Origin: a candidate division FCPU426 bacterium
GTDB taxonomy: Bacteria > Oederibacteriota > JAAXVQ01 > JAUVAV01
Direction: 5' to 3'
NCBI GenBank assembly: GCA_040756875.1
Contig: JBFLYH010000003.1
Coordinates: forward strand, 360,907-424,906
DNA length: 64,000 bases
Shown here one piece after another: positions 31,901 through 41,800 of this stretch. Numbering within the stretch: position 1 is the stretch's first letter; every line of letters starts with the position of its first letter. A program made the translations under genes and the position numbers. Under the pieces are notes generated by a model. That model was not told where the DNA came from. It searched no databases and saw only the letters and a program-made list of their open reading frames with translations.

Positions 31901-34900
31901 TTTCGCTCGTGAGCGAAAGCTGTATGACGGGCTGATCCAGTTCATGTTCAAGTAAGGATCGCAACGTCGGACGTTTGGCCGCCTTGGGTTCTTCGGCGCT
32001 GACCGCAGCAATATCGACAAGCGGCATGGTTTGGGCTTGAACAGCGGCAATGCTTTTCGTGCTTTTTTCAGCCGTCAGGTGAATGAGCGGCGGCATTTCG
32101 GCGGCCGCTTCTTCGGTTGCCGGGCCTGCTAGCGGTTGCACCGGGGTTTCGCGAACCGTCACTTCAGTATCCAAATCCGTCCTCAGTTGCTTGGGTTGGT
32201 TGAGGCGGTCGATCAGACTTTTAGCCAAGAGCGCCGGGCCGGACCATAGCCACGCGTTTTGGCGGACAAAATCCATGACGCCGATCGAAATATCCTGGAC
32301 CAGTCCCGCCACGGTTGCCAGCATGAAGCGGCTGGAATTGGCGTGCTGCATGGTGAACCGCAGTATCTTGTTCTCGTTGTCAAATTGTTTGAGAAGATTG
32401 AGGTAATCGTTGAAGAATTTATATTCCGCATCCGTGAGCTTGGGATCGCCGAATGCGGAAATATAGACGTGATCACGCTCGGCGGCATCCAGATCCGCTT
32501 CCAGCTGTTGCATTTGCTGCTGTGTTACACCTTGCATCAAGGCTTGCGTCCCCAAATTGCCTTTGGCGCGCGCGCCCTCCAGCACGATCATTTGGTCGAT
32601 GTTGATGGGAAAACCCAGCCGTTCCCTTAAAAGCTGATTATAAATCTGGATTTTCAGGAAATTCTCATACATATACATGCTAAAGCGGTCACAGAATGTT
32701 TCCAAAGCAATAAGAATATTGATGCTGTCTTTGGTTTCTGCGCTGGCTGGTTTGTCGGACACTTTGACCAAGGCCTTGTAAATGTTCTTTATAAATACCA
32801 CACTGGTTTGAAGGCGGGGGTCGCTGTTGATCAACCGCAAATAGCTTTCCAGATTTATCGCGCGGAGATGGTCCTGTTCATCCACAGTCAGGTTGGCGGG
32901 AATTTCATCCGGCATATGCAGCACCAAGGCATGAACGGCCTCGTGCAGAAAAGCCAGGCTGATCCAGGCTTGCAGGGTTTGGAAATCCTTGGGAGCGGTC
33001 TTCTTCTGCCATTGCTGGGCGGCGAACTTCAGCAGTTGTTCAAAGGCGGGGGCGTTTTCCTCGGCCCGGGCCAGATAATCGGGCAAGGAATCGCGCAGGA
33101 TCTGGTACAAAGCATCCGGCCGCAATCCGTTCAATACAGCTTCGATATAGCGCGCCGGGATTTCTTTGTAGGGCATCTTCACATCCATCAATACGATCCG
33201 GAAAACCATGGTGGCCATTTCATTCTGATTGCGCGGCAGTCGGAACAAAGGCTCGCTGGCGATCGGGGCCGGTTGCACGTAAATTTGCTTCGGATCCTCG
33301 TTCACCTCTTCGTCCTTGGTGAACCAATCCACCAGCACCTGGTCGCTGAAACGGCGGAGTCCGTTGGCCTCCAGCAGCTGAAGCCAGGTCTCCACCATGT
33401 CCTCGGAAACGATTTCGAACGCGCCCGGCACGGGCCGTTTTTGATCTCCCTCGATAAGATCTCCGAATTTTTGTTTGATCCGTTGGGTGATGGCCCGCGT
33501 GCTTTCCTGGGCCCTGAGCATGGCGAAATCTGTCCCAAACTGGGCCTGCGTGGTTTTTTCCTGGCGTATCTCCCGGCGTCCCATTAACTTGGTCATCTGG
33601 GTGATGCCAAACACCCCGCCCATGGTCGTGCTGCCGAACAGGGTTTGCGCGTTCTGCATCATGTTCGCCGCAACAGCAGGGTCGTGCGTTTGGGGCATGA
33701 ACGGCAACACTTGCACCACCTGGTCCACCGCTGCCGTCAATCCTTGCAGATGCACCGCCAGGCCGGTCCGCACGGACAAAGACACGACGATGTCGGACAA
33801 GAGCGGCATAGCCAGGATGGGGATGGCCACCGCAGCAATGGCCAGGACCCCCAAAATCACGTTGCGCTTGGTGAAGAGCCGCTGGCCGAAATCCCCGGTG
33901 GCGTTCGTGGTCACCCACCAGGCGGCCAAAAGCATCAGGCTGCCGGTTGCCACCAGCAGAGCCGGAACCGCACTCGCGGTAAATCCAAGCAGAGGCAGGA
34001 CGATCCCCGCCAAGAGCCCGCCGGAAAGCAGCCACAAGGCGGAAATCCGCAGTTGGGTGGAATTGATGGCCGTCGGCCGCGCCGCATACGCCTCTACTTC
34101 CGTGCGGGAGAGAACCTGCAGGCCCTGGCGGTTGAATTGCAGGCCCATGATCGTCGATTGATCGTTCGCGCTGATCCTGACCAGGCGGTCCCGTAGGCGT
34201 TCCAGGGTCAAACCAGGCAGGCGGAGATAGGAACTGTTGCCGAGCCGTTGCAAGCCGTTCTCAATGAACCCGACCGCCCGTTGAAATTGCAGGCGGAAAG
34301 CCGGCAGCGTGAGGAAGTTGCGCACCGCCATGGCCGCCGGGCCGGCTGTTTGTTTGGCCAACAACTGCTCGAATTCGGTCGGCCTTTCCGGCGCCCGCAA
34401 CAGTTCGAAATAATTGGCCGAAGACTCGGCGCGGTCCATGGCCGGCCGCAGCACCACATAGGCCTGCCCGGCCTGCCGCGCCAAATCACGGATGGCTTCG
34501 GTATGATACCCGCCGGTGATCAATACGGCCCGTTTCTCTCCGCGATCCCTGAGTCGCTGCCAGGCATTCCGGAACAGCGCTGCGTCGCGCTGTGCGGCCA
34601 GGTCGTAAAATTTCATGGCCTGCTGCAGCAGCGCCGGCAGGGTATCTAGGTCGCGGGCCAACGTGGGGTTGTCGGCCACGAGCGCCTGCAAGCCGGCAAC
34701 ATTCACTTCCCGGCTCAGCGCCTGATACCGGTCCAGGTCTTCGCGGGAGGCGGACACGTTCAGGATGCGTTCAGCCAGTTCCACCCACTCCTGGTACTGC
34801 AGCAATTGACTCTCACCAGGCGTCCTTATAAGCCGGGCGCGCAATTGCGCTTCCAAATGCTGCACCTGGAGGTTGCGGGAATAGTAATCCCGTTCGACCT

Positions 34901-35705
34901 GGCGCTCCCAGCCGCGCAGGGATTCAGGATAGAGAGGCACTTGGGCCCGCCCGGCCTCCCGCATCAGATCCCGGCGGTAGGTTTCAGAATCCGCGTCGCC
35001 GCGCTGGTAAAATTTGCGGCGGCGCTCGAAGCTCAGCAACGGAGCGTTGAATTGCTGTTCCTGAAGAAAATCGAGTTGGTCCAAGAGTTCCTGCACCAAG
35101 CCCCGGTTCTCCTCGGTGGCGAATTGGCGGATCAGCACCAGGCTGCGTTCATACAAAGCCGAGTCTTCGGCGCCGAACAGTTCCAATTCCGGCCGGTCGA
35201 GAATGGCCAGCCAGTCCGCGCCGGTCAGCTTGCCCATGCGCACGAAATATTCGGTCACCGCCCTTTTGGCTGCGCTTTCCGGCATCGAGGACAGTTCCAG
35301 GGTCGGAATGATGCCGCTGCCGCCCTCGACCGCAATCAAGCGCAAGTCAGGATAACGTGCGCAAAGAGTATCCACCATGCCGCGGATATTGGTTTGAATG
35401 CCGGTATGACAGTGCAGATCTTGGATAAGAATGAAGGTCACCGGTCCGGGAAGGCCGGCTTCAGCCACGCGCCCCAAATGCGCAGGTATCTGGTATTCCG
35501 CTGCCAGCCGGTCACTGCCCGGACCTTCCAAGCGCACTCCTTGGCTGGGCGGCAACAGGTAGCTTTCAGCATTAAAAGCAAACCCAAGGGTTGGCATAAG
35601 AAAACTCAGTGCACATGCCAAGGCGATTACCCTAATCCCCGGGTGTTTTCTTGGCAAGATAGAAAGAAACAATCCGCCAATGCTGTTTTTGTTCTTCATG
35701 GTCAT
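28995..35705 (-). CDS. Giant membrane-associated protein (2236 aa): conserved N-terminal QDLH/GGxH domain, TM segments, HExxH zincin-like domain, low-complexity linker, basic -AA C-terminus
   Basis: Uninterrupted 6.7-kb ORF. The N-terminal ~470 aa align by eye with the 6130-aa neighbour. Contains FLHEAVH...LETFCDRF and ends RRKILRTGAAA. Confidence 0.8.
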   Translation of the reverse strand: MTMKNKNSIGGLFLSILPRKHPGIRVIALACALSFLMPTLGFAFNAESYLLPPSQGVRLEGPGSDRLAAEYQIPAHLGRVAEAGLPGPVTFILIQDLHCHTGIQTNIRGMVDTLCARYPDLRLIAVEGGSGIIPTLELSSMPESAAKRAVTEYFVRMGKLTGADWLAILDRPELELFGAEDSALYERSLVLIRQFATEENRGLVQELLDQLDFLQEQQFNAPLLSFERRRKFYQRGDADSETYRRDLMREAGRAQVPLYPESLRGWERQVERDYYSRNLQVQHLEAQLRARLIRTPGESQLLQYQEWVELAERILNVSASREDLDRYQALSREVNVAGLQALVADNPTLARDLDTLPALLQQAMKFYDLAAQRDAALFRNAWQRLRDRGEKRAVLITGGYHTEAIRDLARQAGQAYVVLRPAMDRAESSANYFELLRAPERPTEFEQLLAKQTAGPAAMAVRNFLTLPAFRLQFQRAVGFIENGLQRLGNSSYLRLPGLTLERLRDRLVRISANDQSTIMGLQFNRQGLQVLSRTEVEAYAARPTAINSTQLRISALWLLSGGLLAGIVLPLLGFTASAVPALLVATGSLMLLAAWWVTTNATGDFGQRLFTKRNVILGVLAIAAVAIPILAMPLLSDIVVSLSVRTGLAVHLQGLTAAVDQVVQVLPFMPQTHDPAVAANMMQNAQTLFGSTTMGGVFGITQMTKLMGRREIRQEKTTQAQFGTDFAMLRAQESTRAITQRIKQKFGDLIEGDQKRPVPGAFEIVSEDMVETWLQLLEANGLRRFSDQVLVDWFTKDEEVNEDPKQIYVQPAPIASEPLFRLPRNQNEMATMVFRIVLMDVKMPYKEIPARYIEAVLNGLRPDALYQILRDSLPDYLARAEENAPAFEQLLKFAAQQWQKKTAPKDFQTLQAWISLAFLHEAVHALVLHMPDEIPANLTVDEQDHLRAINLESYLRLINSDPRLQTSVVFIKNIYKALVKVSDKPASAETKDSINILIALETFCDRFSMYMYENFLKIQIYNQLLRERLGFPINIDQMIVLEGARAKGNLGTQALMQGVTQQQMQQLEADLDAAERDHVYISAFGDPKLTDAEYKFFNDYLNLLKQFDNENKILRFTMQHANSSRFMLATVAGLVQDISIGVMDFVRQNAWLWSGPALLAKSLIDRLNQPKQLRTDLDTEVTVRETPVQPLAGPATEEAAAEMPPLIHLTAEKSTKSIAAVQAQTMPLVDIAAVSAEEPKAAKRPTLRSLLEHELDQPVIQLSLTSETVASAPVQPARLGEDGSEAKRRTRQEADQTLSTSRFVQTMMDKNEDMVEAGRKEDQETQLVSFSQLPASAVTSEAPVASNDFATGVMAAETAGLVDTDLTGLPRYPADGVPPPGAFALPAEVRLPGQSNLVPVLSLGAQNAQTTVNTGTNAVNTQGLNQSVPGQELPGRSVAQAARMVAGLTEDGQLTLSPTGIGPSETQPYVPGGRSYFVPLLGGLAMPGSAKEQLLSEQRALYILGQAAQVLNTLPDGQTVTLGLDNPQLKARIDAMLESLRASGVGTGLADRIQTTLFPVDPATGQRLAPTDWRAPNSLAVLSEAGSNLSPLTVVIGRNGEATVGVKVPAIKMDEAQKAFAGKAGWDALLADHQRLLSQMRNQTELEGYLLVSAATVQQLQSTPGQVNNLLTSVVGFQAASQTGIQLPLTALRTAAQPALAQGAERVVVDFNQSAYRALERAARTGAQGVLLFGLSEVALASLAGYDFNSLFMQSLFNADTLETSSVASAVERDDLQEELGLESEALTQWQQEARSFVMEQLGEQAAQGLSDRQLNAQAEALLGLDAVTTVISDKALANRLLRLRGQEVAEPPSLFASDVFYRFKRGRMVSQPRMNVEAWSPEMKVTAHEQKRGMAKVVSALLLGFAAGSLVMDTLAQVARTRDRQGRRLPLFRVITHPDFVKSLQLMVRVVFGERRAMESLSPLLRQQIQDLQGLIEKQRVLETLQPGEVPVSLKYSLSQFVRFNRFLSNHSVFKLLMNLVRIQNLVPLYPELFALLSESDQLQSVMFYFAPATTLQRHFNQLEGAHPGLKANLTRSADQAKQELAQLRAEQQQLLKNPEASAARLAQVAVAIKDRRFSLLLQRALDRLERDITPYNLQRVVTLLMREVSRRDVADFEAYQESLFQVMTRIEPFQQFPVQVLLDSGKVIQTTLPASIYNTHLRDDLLFFLDVFDTQGKPLPPVRRKILRTGAAA

Positions 35706-35759
35706 ACCCCCAATAGCAAAAAACGTATTAAAATCAAACAGCTAATATATTACGTATAA

Positions 35760-35788
35760 AATATAACACTTTTCTTGTCGTATTTCAA
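35760..35788 (-). promoter_or_regulatory. Candidate promoter for the 2236-aa gene
   Basis: Minus strand TTGAAA-17 nt-TATATT with a TG extended -10, in a very AT-rich spacer where chance matches are likely. Confidence 0.4.
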
Positions 35789-35827
35789 ATTGATACTATA
35801 ATAAATAACCAATTAAAATAAGCATAA

Positions 35828-38800
35828 TCAGGCAGCGCTATCAACTGCCCTACGTTGTCTAGGTTGTGGTGCTTCCCAGATTTGGTTATCTATTTTAATG
35901 ACTGGGAATATCCGTTTAAAGCGAATTAAAAGATTTGGCTTTTCAAGTACAGCCATGGGTAACTGCCGGGAGAACTGACTGCCATCTGCCATTTGCAGGG
36001 TCACGTTTTTCTGGTTTGACGGCAGGCTAGATAAAATATCCAATACCGCTTCTCTGGCCACCGGGTCGTCTTTAACTTCATTTAATACTCCCAATAACTC
36101 TTGCAGCAATAGCGAAACCTGAACCGAATCCCGTGAACGGTTCAGTGCCAAGACGATCTGTTCCAGCCAGGCGCTGCGGGCAATCGCCCGGGAGGCAGGC
36201 GTGGCAGCCATGGTCCGCAAACGGTATTGGAACGCAAACCCCGGCGCCAACACCGTCAAACCGGTCAGCACAAAACTCGCGGCCATATTCACTCCGGCGC
36301 CGTTAACCAGGGCCAGGCTGATTCCGGCCCAGGCGGCCAAACTCAAGCCGATGACCGCGGCCCTGCCCCAGAAATTGTTTTGAGGCCTGGGAAGCAGGAG
36401 CATGAGCTTGAGTCCGGCTGGCAGGCCGCGCATTTGAATAATAGCCCGCCCCAGTCCGCTTTCCACAAAGCGCAGTCTTAAACGCTGCCAAACCGTGGTT
36501 CCGGGCTGCGCCGTTACACCCAGGTTCTGGTCCTGGCGCACGGTGGCAATGATTTCCTGCAGCGGCTGCGCCTCGGCCGTTGTGCCTGCTGCTGTTTCGG
36601 CGTCTGCCGGCTCAGCGGCCCGTGGAGCCAGCACACCGCGGAACCCGGCCACGCTCAGACCGGCCAGGGCAAACACCGCACCCAAAGCCACGGGCACGGC
36701 TGCCGGCAGGGCGACGAAGAAACTCGCGGCCAACAACAATCCCGAAGTTAAAAAGACGCCACTCAATACAACCGCATCCCAACGCGGCCCGGTCCGTAAA
36801 CGGGCAAACGCCATGGGGGCGGTCAAGGTGTCCAGCGTATGGGTTAAAAATTCCGCCAGACCCGCAACCAAGGCATAGCGGAACGTGCCTGTTGGCATGG
36901 ACGCCATGTTGATCCCGAACACGCGCAGGAGGCGCTGCGCCGCGGCATGTGAAAATCCTTCATGCCAGGCAATCGGCCAGTCCGCTTCGCCCAACACGGC
37001 GCCGGTCTGGGGGTCCACCATCTTCTCGATTTTCGGATCATAGGCTCCGACCGGTTCGCCCACGTGGCGCAGCAGGCCCGGGAATCCGTACTTGGCCCGC
37101 AACAACCGGAATGCGGTTGCCAGCTTGGCCGAAGGATAGAGCAACCCGAGCCCCAGGGACGGCAGCAGGGGCAGCCCCAGACCCAGGCTCAAAATCCCGA
37201 TCCAGACCGCGGCCACGACCAAGGTGTTCCGCAGGCTTAATGCCTGGTAATCGCCGTTTTTCCTCCCCAAGACCGCCTGGCGCACGATTCCGCGGCTCAT
37301 GATCGTGTCCGCGATCATCTGCTCGATCATGCGGACCGTGCGGCTGGCGCTTTTTTGCGTCTCCGGAGAAATGATGAGCGCGTCCGTGGGCACGGGCATT
37401 CTCGACTGGGGTTCCGTGGATTTACGGTCTTTGGCTGTCAGGTCAAAATAAACCCGGATGTCCGTCCGTTTAACGTATTGCTCGGGCGTTTGCCCCACCA
37501 CGATGACCCGGCCTTTTTGGGCTGAGTTTTGGACCAGCCGGCTGACCAGGGTATCCAGCAATTGCCGCTGATCCCTGAAGATTTTCGCGCCCACGGTCAA
37601 CTCCGAGGATTCCGTGGTTTCGCCCGCCAGTTCGTTGCGGTTAAAAGCCATGGTTTCCTTGGCCGCGCCTTTACGGTTGTAGTCGGCGGTCAGACCTTCG
37701 GCCGTTAACCGGAACTTGGCCCGTTTGACAAATTCCTCGAAGCTGTCCGCCTTGCCGGCTGCGAGAAACTTCTCATACACCGAAACGATTCCCCGATAAA
37801 CCAACCCGACATCGATGACCCGGTAACTGAGGCTCTGAGCCAGTTTCCAGGCAGCCTCGATCTTGCCCGTACCCGAGGGCCCACCCATGGTAATGATCCA
37901 ATCGACCGCCTTGATGACGTCCTGTTTGACCAGGGTATAGCCCGGACGGGTGGCGCTCTCATCGAGGAAATTAGGCAGGATTTTAATCTCAGCGCCGAAC
38001 GCCATGGGATCAACCGGCGCGATTTTAATTTTAACGTCGAAATAGCCGTCGGTTATTTGCTCGATTTTTATGCGCCCGTCTGCGCCCTGGGTGATGCTGA
38101 CGTTGACCCCGGCGGCTTTTTGGCCGTCAACGACCTTGATGCGGTAGCCGTGCGCTTCCAAATAGGGTATCAGCTGATTGACCGCTTTCTCAATCTGGTC
38201 CACATGAGGAATGACCAATAGGGTCCCTACGACGTCGTCCACGATTTTCTTGACGTTTCGTTCGTTGTATATGTCGGTGTCGCTGAAATCCGGCTTGGCT
38301 GGCATGGCCTTATTCCAATACCGCAGGAAATTCATGAGGATAGAGAAGGGTTCCTTGACTCGGCCCGGAGCGACCAGCATGTCCAAATCCACCTGGTCCG
38401 CAAAGCTGCGCAAGTCTTCGCGCAAGCGTTCCATTTCTTTTTCCCGTCTGGCGGGATCGATCAACCGCCGGAGGCGGGCCATGGCCGGACGAAGCTCGGG
38501 ATGGCGGTCCAGATATTGATCGACCATCCCGCCGCCGTGCCGCTGTTCCCACAGGAGAGTGATTTCCCAGAACTTCCGCTCCGCATCAGGCAGGGCGTAG
38601 TGCCCCATTTGCCGCATCTCTTCAATGACTTGCCGTGCGTTCAGGAAAATGACCCCCAGATAATCGAAATCCATATCCTCGAGCGCTTCCTGGTTGTCGT
38701 GATACAACTGGCGCAAGGCGTCGATAGCCGCCAATTTGTCGTCGCTTTCGCTTGCCAGGCGCTGGGCCGTATTCACAAACCAGCGTTGGAAAATTTGGTC

Positions 38801-41800
38801 GTTGCGTATATTGAAATTCAGCAGACTCCATTCCGGCGAAATGAATTCCTTGGCTTCCTGCGCTTGGCCGTTGGCTTCCTGTTCCAGGTTGACGGCAAAA
38901 ACGATTTCGCCGCCCAAGGGGCGGGCGAAAGCCGCTAGCGCATCCGTGGCTGCTTTTTCCAGAACCCTAAACAAGTCCCGGCCCGGCATCTGGGAGCGGA
39001 CTTCGCCCTGGCGGGTCGGCACTTGGGCCAGGGCCTTATCATAGGCTTCGGCGCCGGCCACGCCCATGGAAAGCTTGGGTACGTACAAATAACCCGCATG
39101 CAGTCCGATTTTGGATTCAACTTCAAAGGGCATGGCAGCCAGCGTGTCAGCCGAGGTGCCCGAAGGCTGCAGGATGCCGGCCACTTCCAGAGCATGCTGC
39201 AGGTCTTTCTGGGCCGATATTTCATAAACAACGTGCACTTGCCGGCCTTCGGTAATCCCCACGGCGCCGTGCCCGAATTCCCTGACCGCGTTGCGCAACT
39301 GGCTGAGACGAATGTTGAAATCCCGCTCCGAGATGGTCCGGGCCTGGTTGTCGAGGTCGAAATACTGCAGGGTGACCACCCGGTAACGGCGGTTGAAGCT
39401 ATAGAATAAATAGGATTGAACGTCCTGCAGCAACCGGCTGAATTCTTTGTCGTTTCTCAGCTTGGTCGCAATGGCAAACCGGGCGGAAGTGTTTTCCGGC
39501 CGGAAGAAGAAAATATTTCTGCCCAAATATCCTTGCAGAATTTGCAAGGTTTTTTCATAAATGAACTCCGCGATATCCTGGCCGTAAATATCCTTCAAAT
39601 CGGAGAAAGAATCGATCTCCGCCACGGCCAGGGCCGCCGGTTCTCCGTCGGATAACAGTTTCTCCACCCGGCGCTGGCCGGAAACGCGCTGCGGAATTTT
39701 ATACCTGTCCCGGACAATGGTATCCTTGCCCAAACCGCCGACCATACCCGCGGCCAGGATGAATTGTCCACCGGCTGGTTGCTGGTTCAAGAGGGCGTAG
39801 ATCCCGATGGCGGCCAGGAGGATGATCATCGGGTTGCCGCGGACGAAATCAACCGCGCGCTGCAGATGCCGGCGCAGCACCGGCCAGGCGGTTTCCCGCA
39901 GGGCGGCCACGCGCAGGCGCAGTTTCTGGAACGCGCTCAAGAAGGCGGCTGCACCGGCCAGCAGCCCTACGCCCAGCAGGACGGCTCCAGCGCCAAACAG
40001 GGCCGCGGTCCCGGCGCCGAGAAAAACGGCGGTGTAGATGAGGTATCCCAGTCCAACGGCCAGGAACGAACCGCCGGCCAAGCCCATCACCAGCGATAAG
40101 GAAGCGGTGCCGCGCTCTCCCAAACGCGGGGTCCTGCCTTCGGGCTGGCTGGCCGTTTGCGCGACCGAGGCGATTTCAGCATCGCGTTTTTCTTTGGTCT
40201 GAAGCAACCGGTTCCAGAAATAAGCCAGCGTGGTCTCCAGCGGCCGGTCTTTGAAGAATTCTCCGCTGAGCGTGGTCAAAACATGTTCCTCGGCGCTGCG
40301 AAGCACGAAGAGGCGCTCAGCCTCGGTCAAACCGAATTGATCCATTACCGTGGACAGTTCCGGCAACACCTCGGAGTAGCGGTCCGCCAGCCAGGCAATG
40401 ATCATGGCCCGGGTCAGCCGCAGCATGCGCTGAGACCGCCAAGGGGACCCCAGGGAATACAAGGCTTGCATTAAATCATTCACAAAAGCACCGTGCGGCC
40501 CGCGCCAGGCCAGACGCCGCTCCAGGAAATCCCGGATCTCGTCCGGCGTCCCGTCCAGCGGGCTGGCCACCGGCGCAGCCCGCGCCGGGCGGGCCTGGAA
40601 TTCGTCGGCCCGCAGGATTCTGACCCGGGCCAGCAAGGCGCGGGTGGCGGCCATGGCATTGAGCGGCTGGTTCAAGGCGCGACGAACGGATACGCCCCAC
40701 AGCGGCGAGCGAACGGAACCGACATTGAAGCCTGAATCCGCCACTAAAGGCAGGTCATTGTCGAAAATCGAGCCCACCGAATCACCGGCTAAAAACAGCT
40801 CAGTGGTGTCAATACCCAGGTCCGCGGCCATATCTTCCGCGGCCCGGCGTTTGGTGACGTCCCACGGATAAATCCGCAGGTCCTTGCCTTCGACATACAT
40901 TGCATACTGCCGCTGCAACCGGGGAAACTGCCGGGTGATGAACCGCGCCAATTCGAAGGCCTTGTCCCGGCTTCTGCAGCTGACGTTGAAGTATCCCTGC
41001 CCCTCGGAAACTTTCTTGTCGGGATAGCTCGCCAGCAGCTGTTCAAGCAAGTTGATGTCGCCGGGTTGAAGCGTGCGCCGATAGGCCGCGTCTTCGACCG
41101 GCTGGCCGGACCGCACCTGCCATTTGGTCGCGCCGTTTTCCCCGTAGATCCGCAGGCGCTCCAAGTCCTGTTCCGTGGCGCCGTAGGCCTGCAATTGCTT
41201 GATGGTCTTGGCCATGGAGGAGGCGGTCATGATCCGACCCGTGGCCAATCCCACATACTTGCCTTCTTGCAGGGCCTGGGCAATGTCTTTTTCCTCCATC
41301 GTCCCGGTCCAGTCTGTCAGCATGCCCTTGTAGGTCTGACCCAGCCTCTCCTCCCACATTTTTCTTTCGACTTCGGGAAGTAGCGCCAAAAGTTTGGAGG
41401 TAGGCAGCAATTCCGTGCGACCGTCGCGCTCGTCCACTGCCACGGGTGCGCCCCGCTGGGTAAGCAGCACGGCGGTCATGGCATCAAAGAAGATGTTCAA
41501 AACCTGGGCCGGGCTCAAATTCAGGTCAGGACGGATTGGATCCAGCGCCGGCACGGCTTCCGCTTCCCGGGTTGGCTGTTGCCGCCTCAATTTGCCGAAT
41601 AATTCCTGCACGCGGGCGTAGAAGGTCTTGTTTGCAAACGCGTAGAAATCCTCGAAGTATCCGGGCCGGTGGTCTTTGCGACCCATTTCCGGCGCATCCA
41701 TGGCCATGAATTTCCTGAGCCACAGGGGAATACTGGCGTTGTTGACCGTGGCGTTGATCAGGATGATTTCCCTCTGCCCCGGCCGTTCCCGGAAGTTCTC

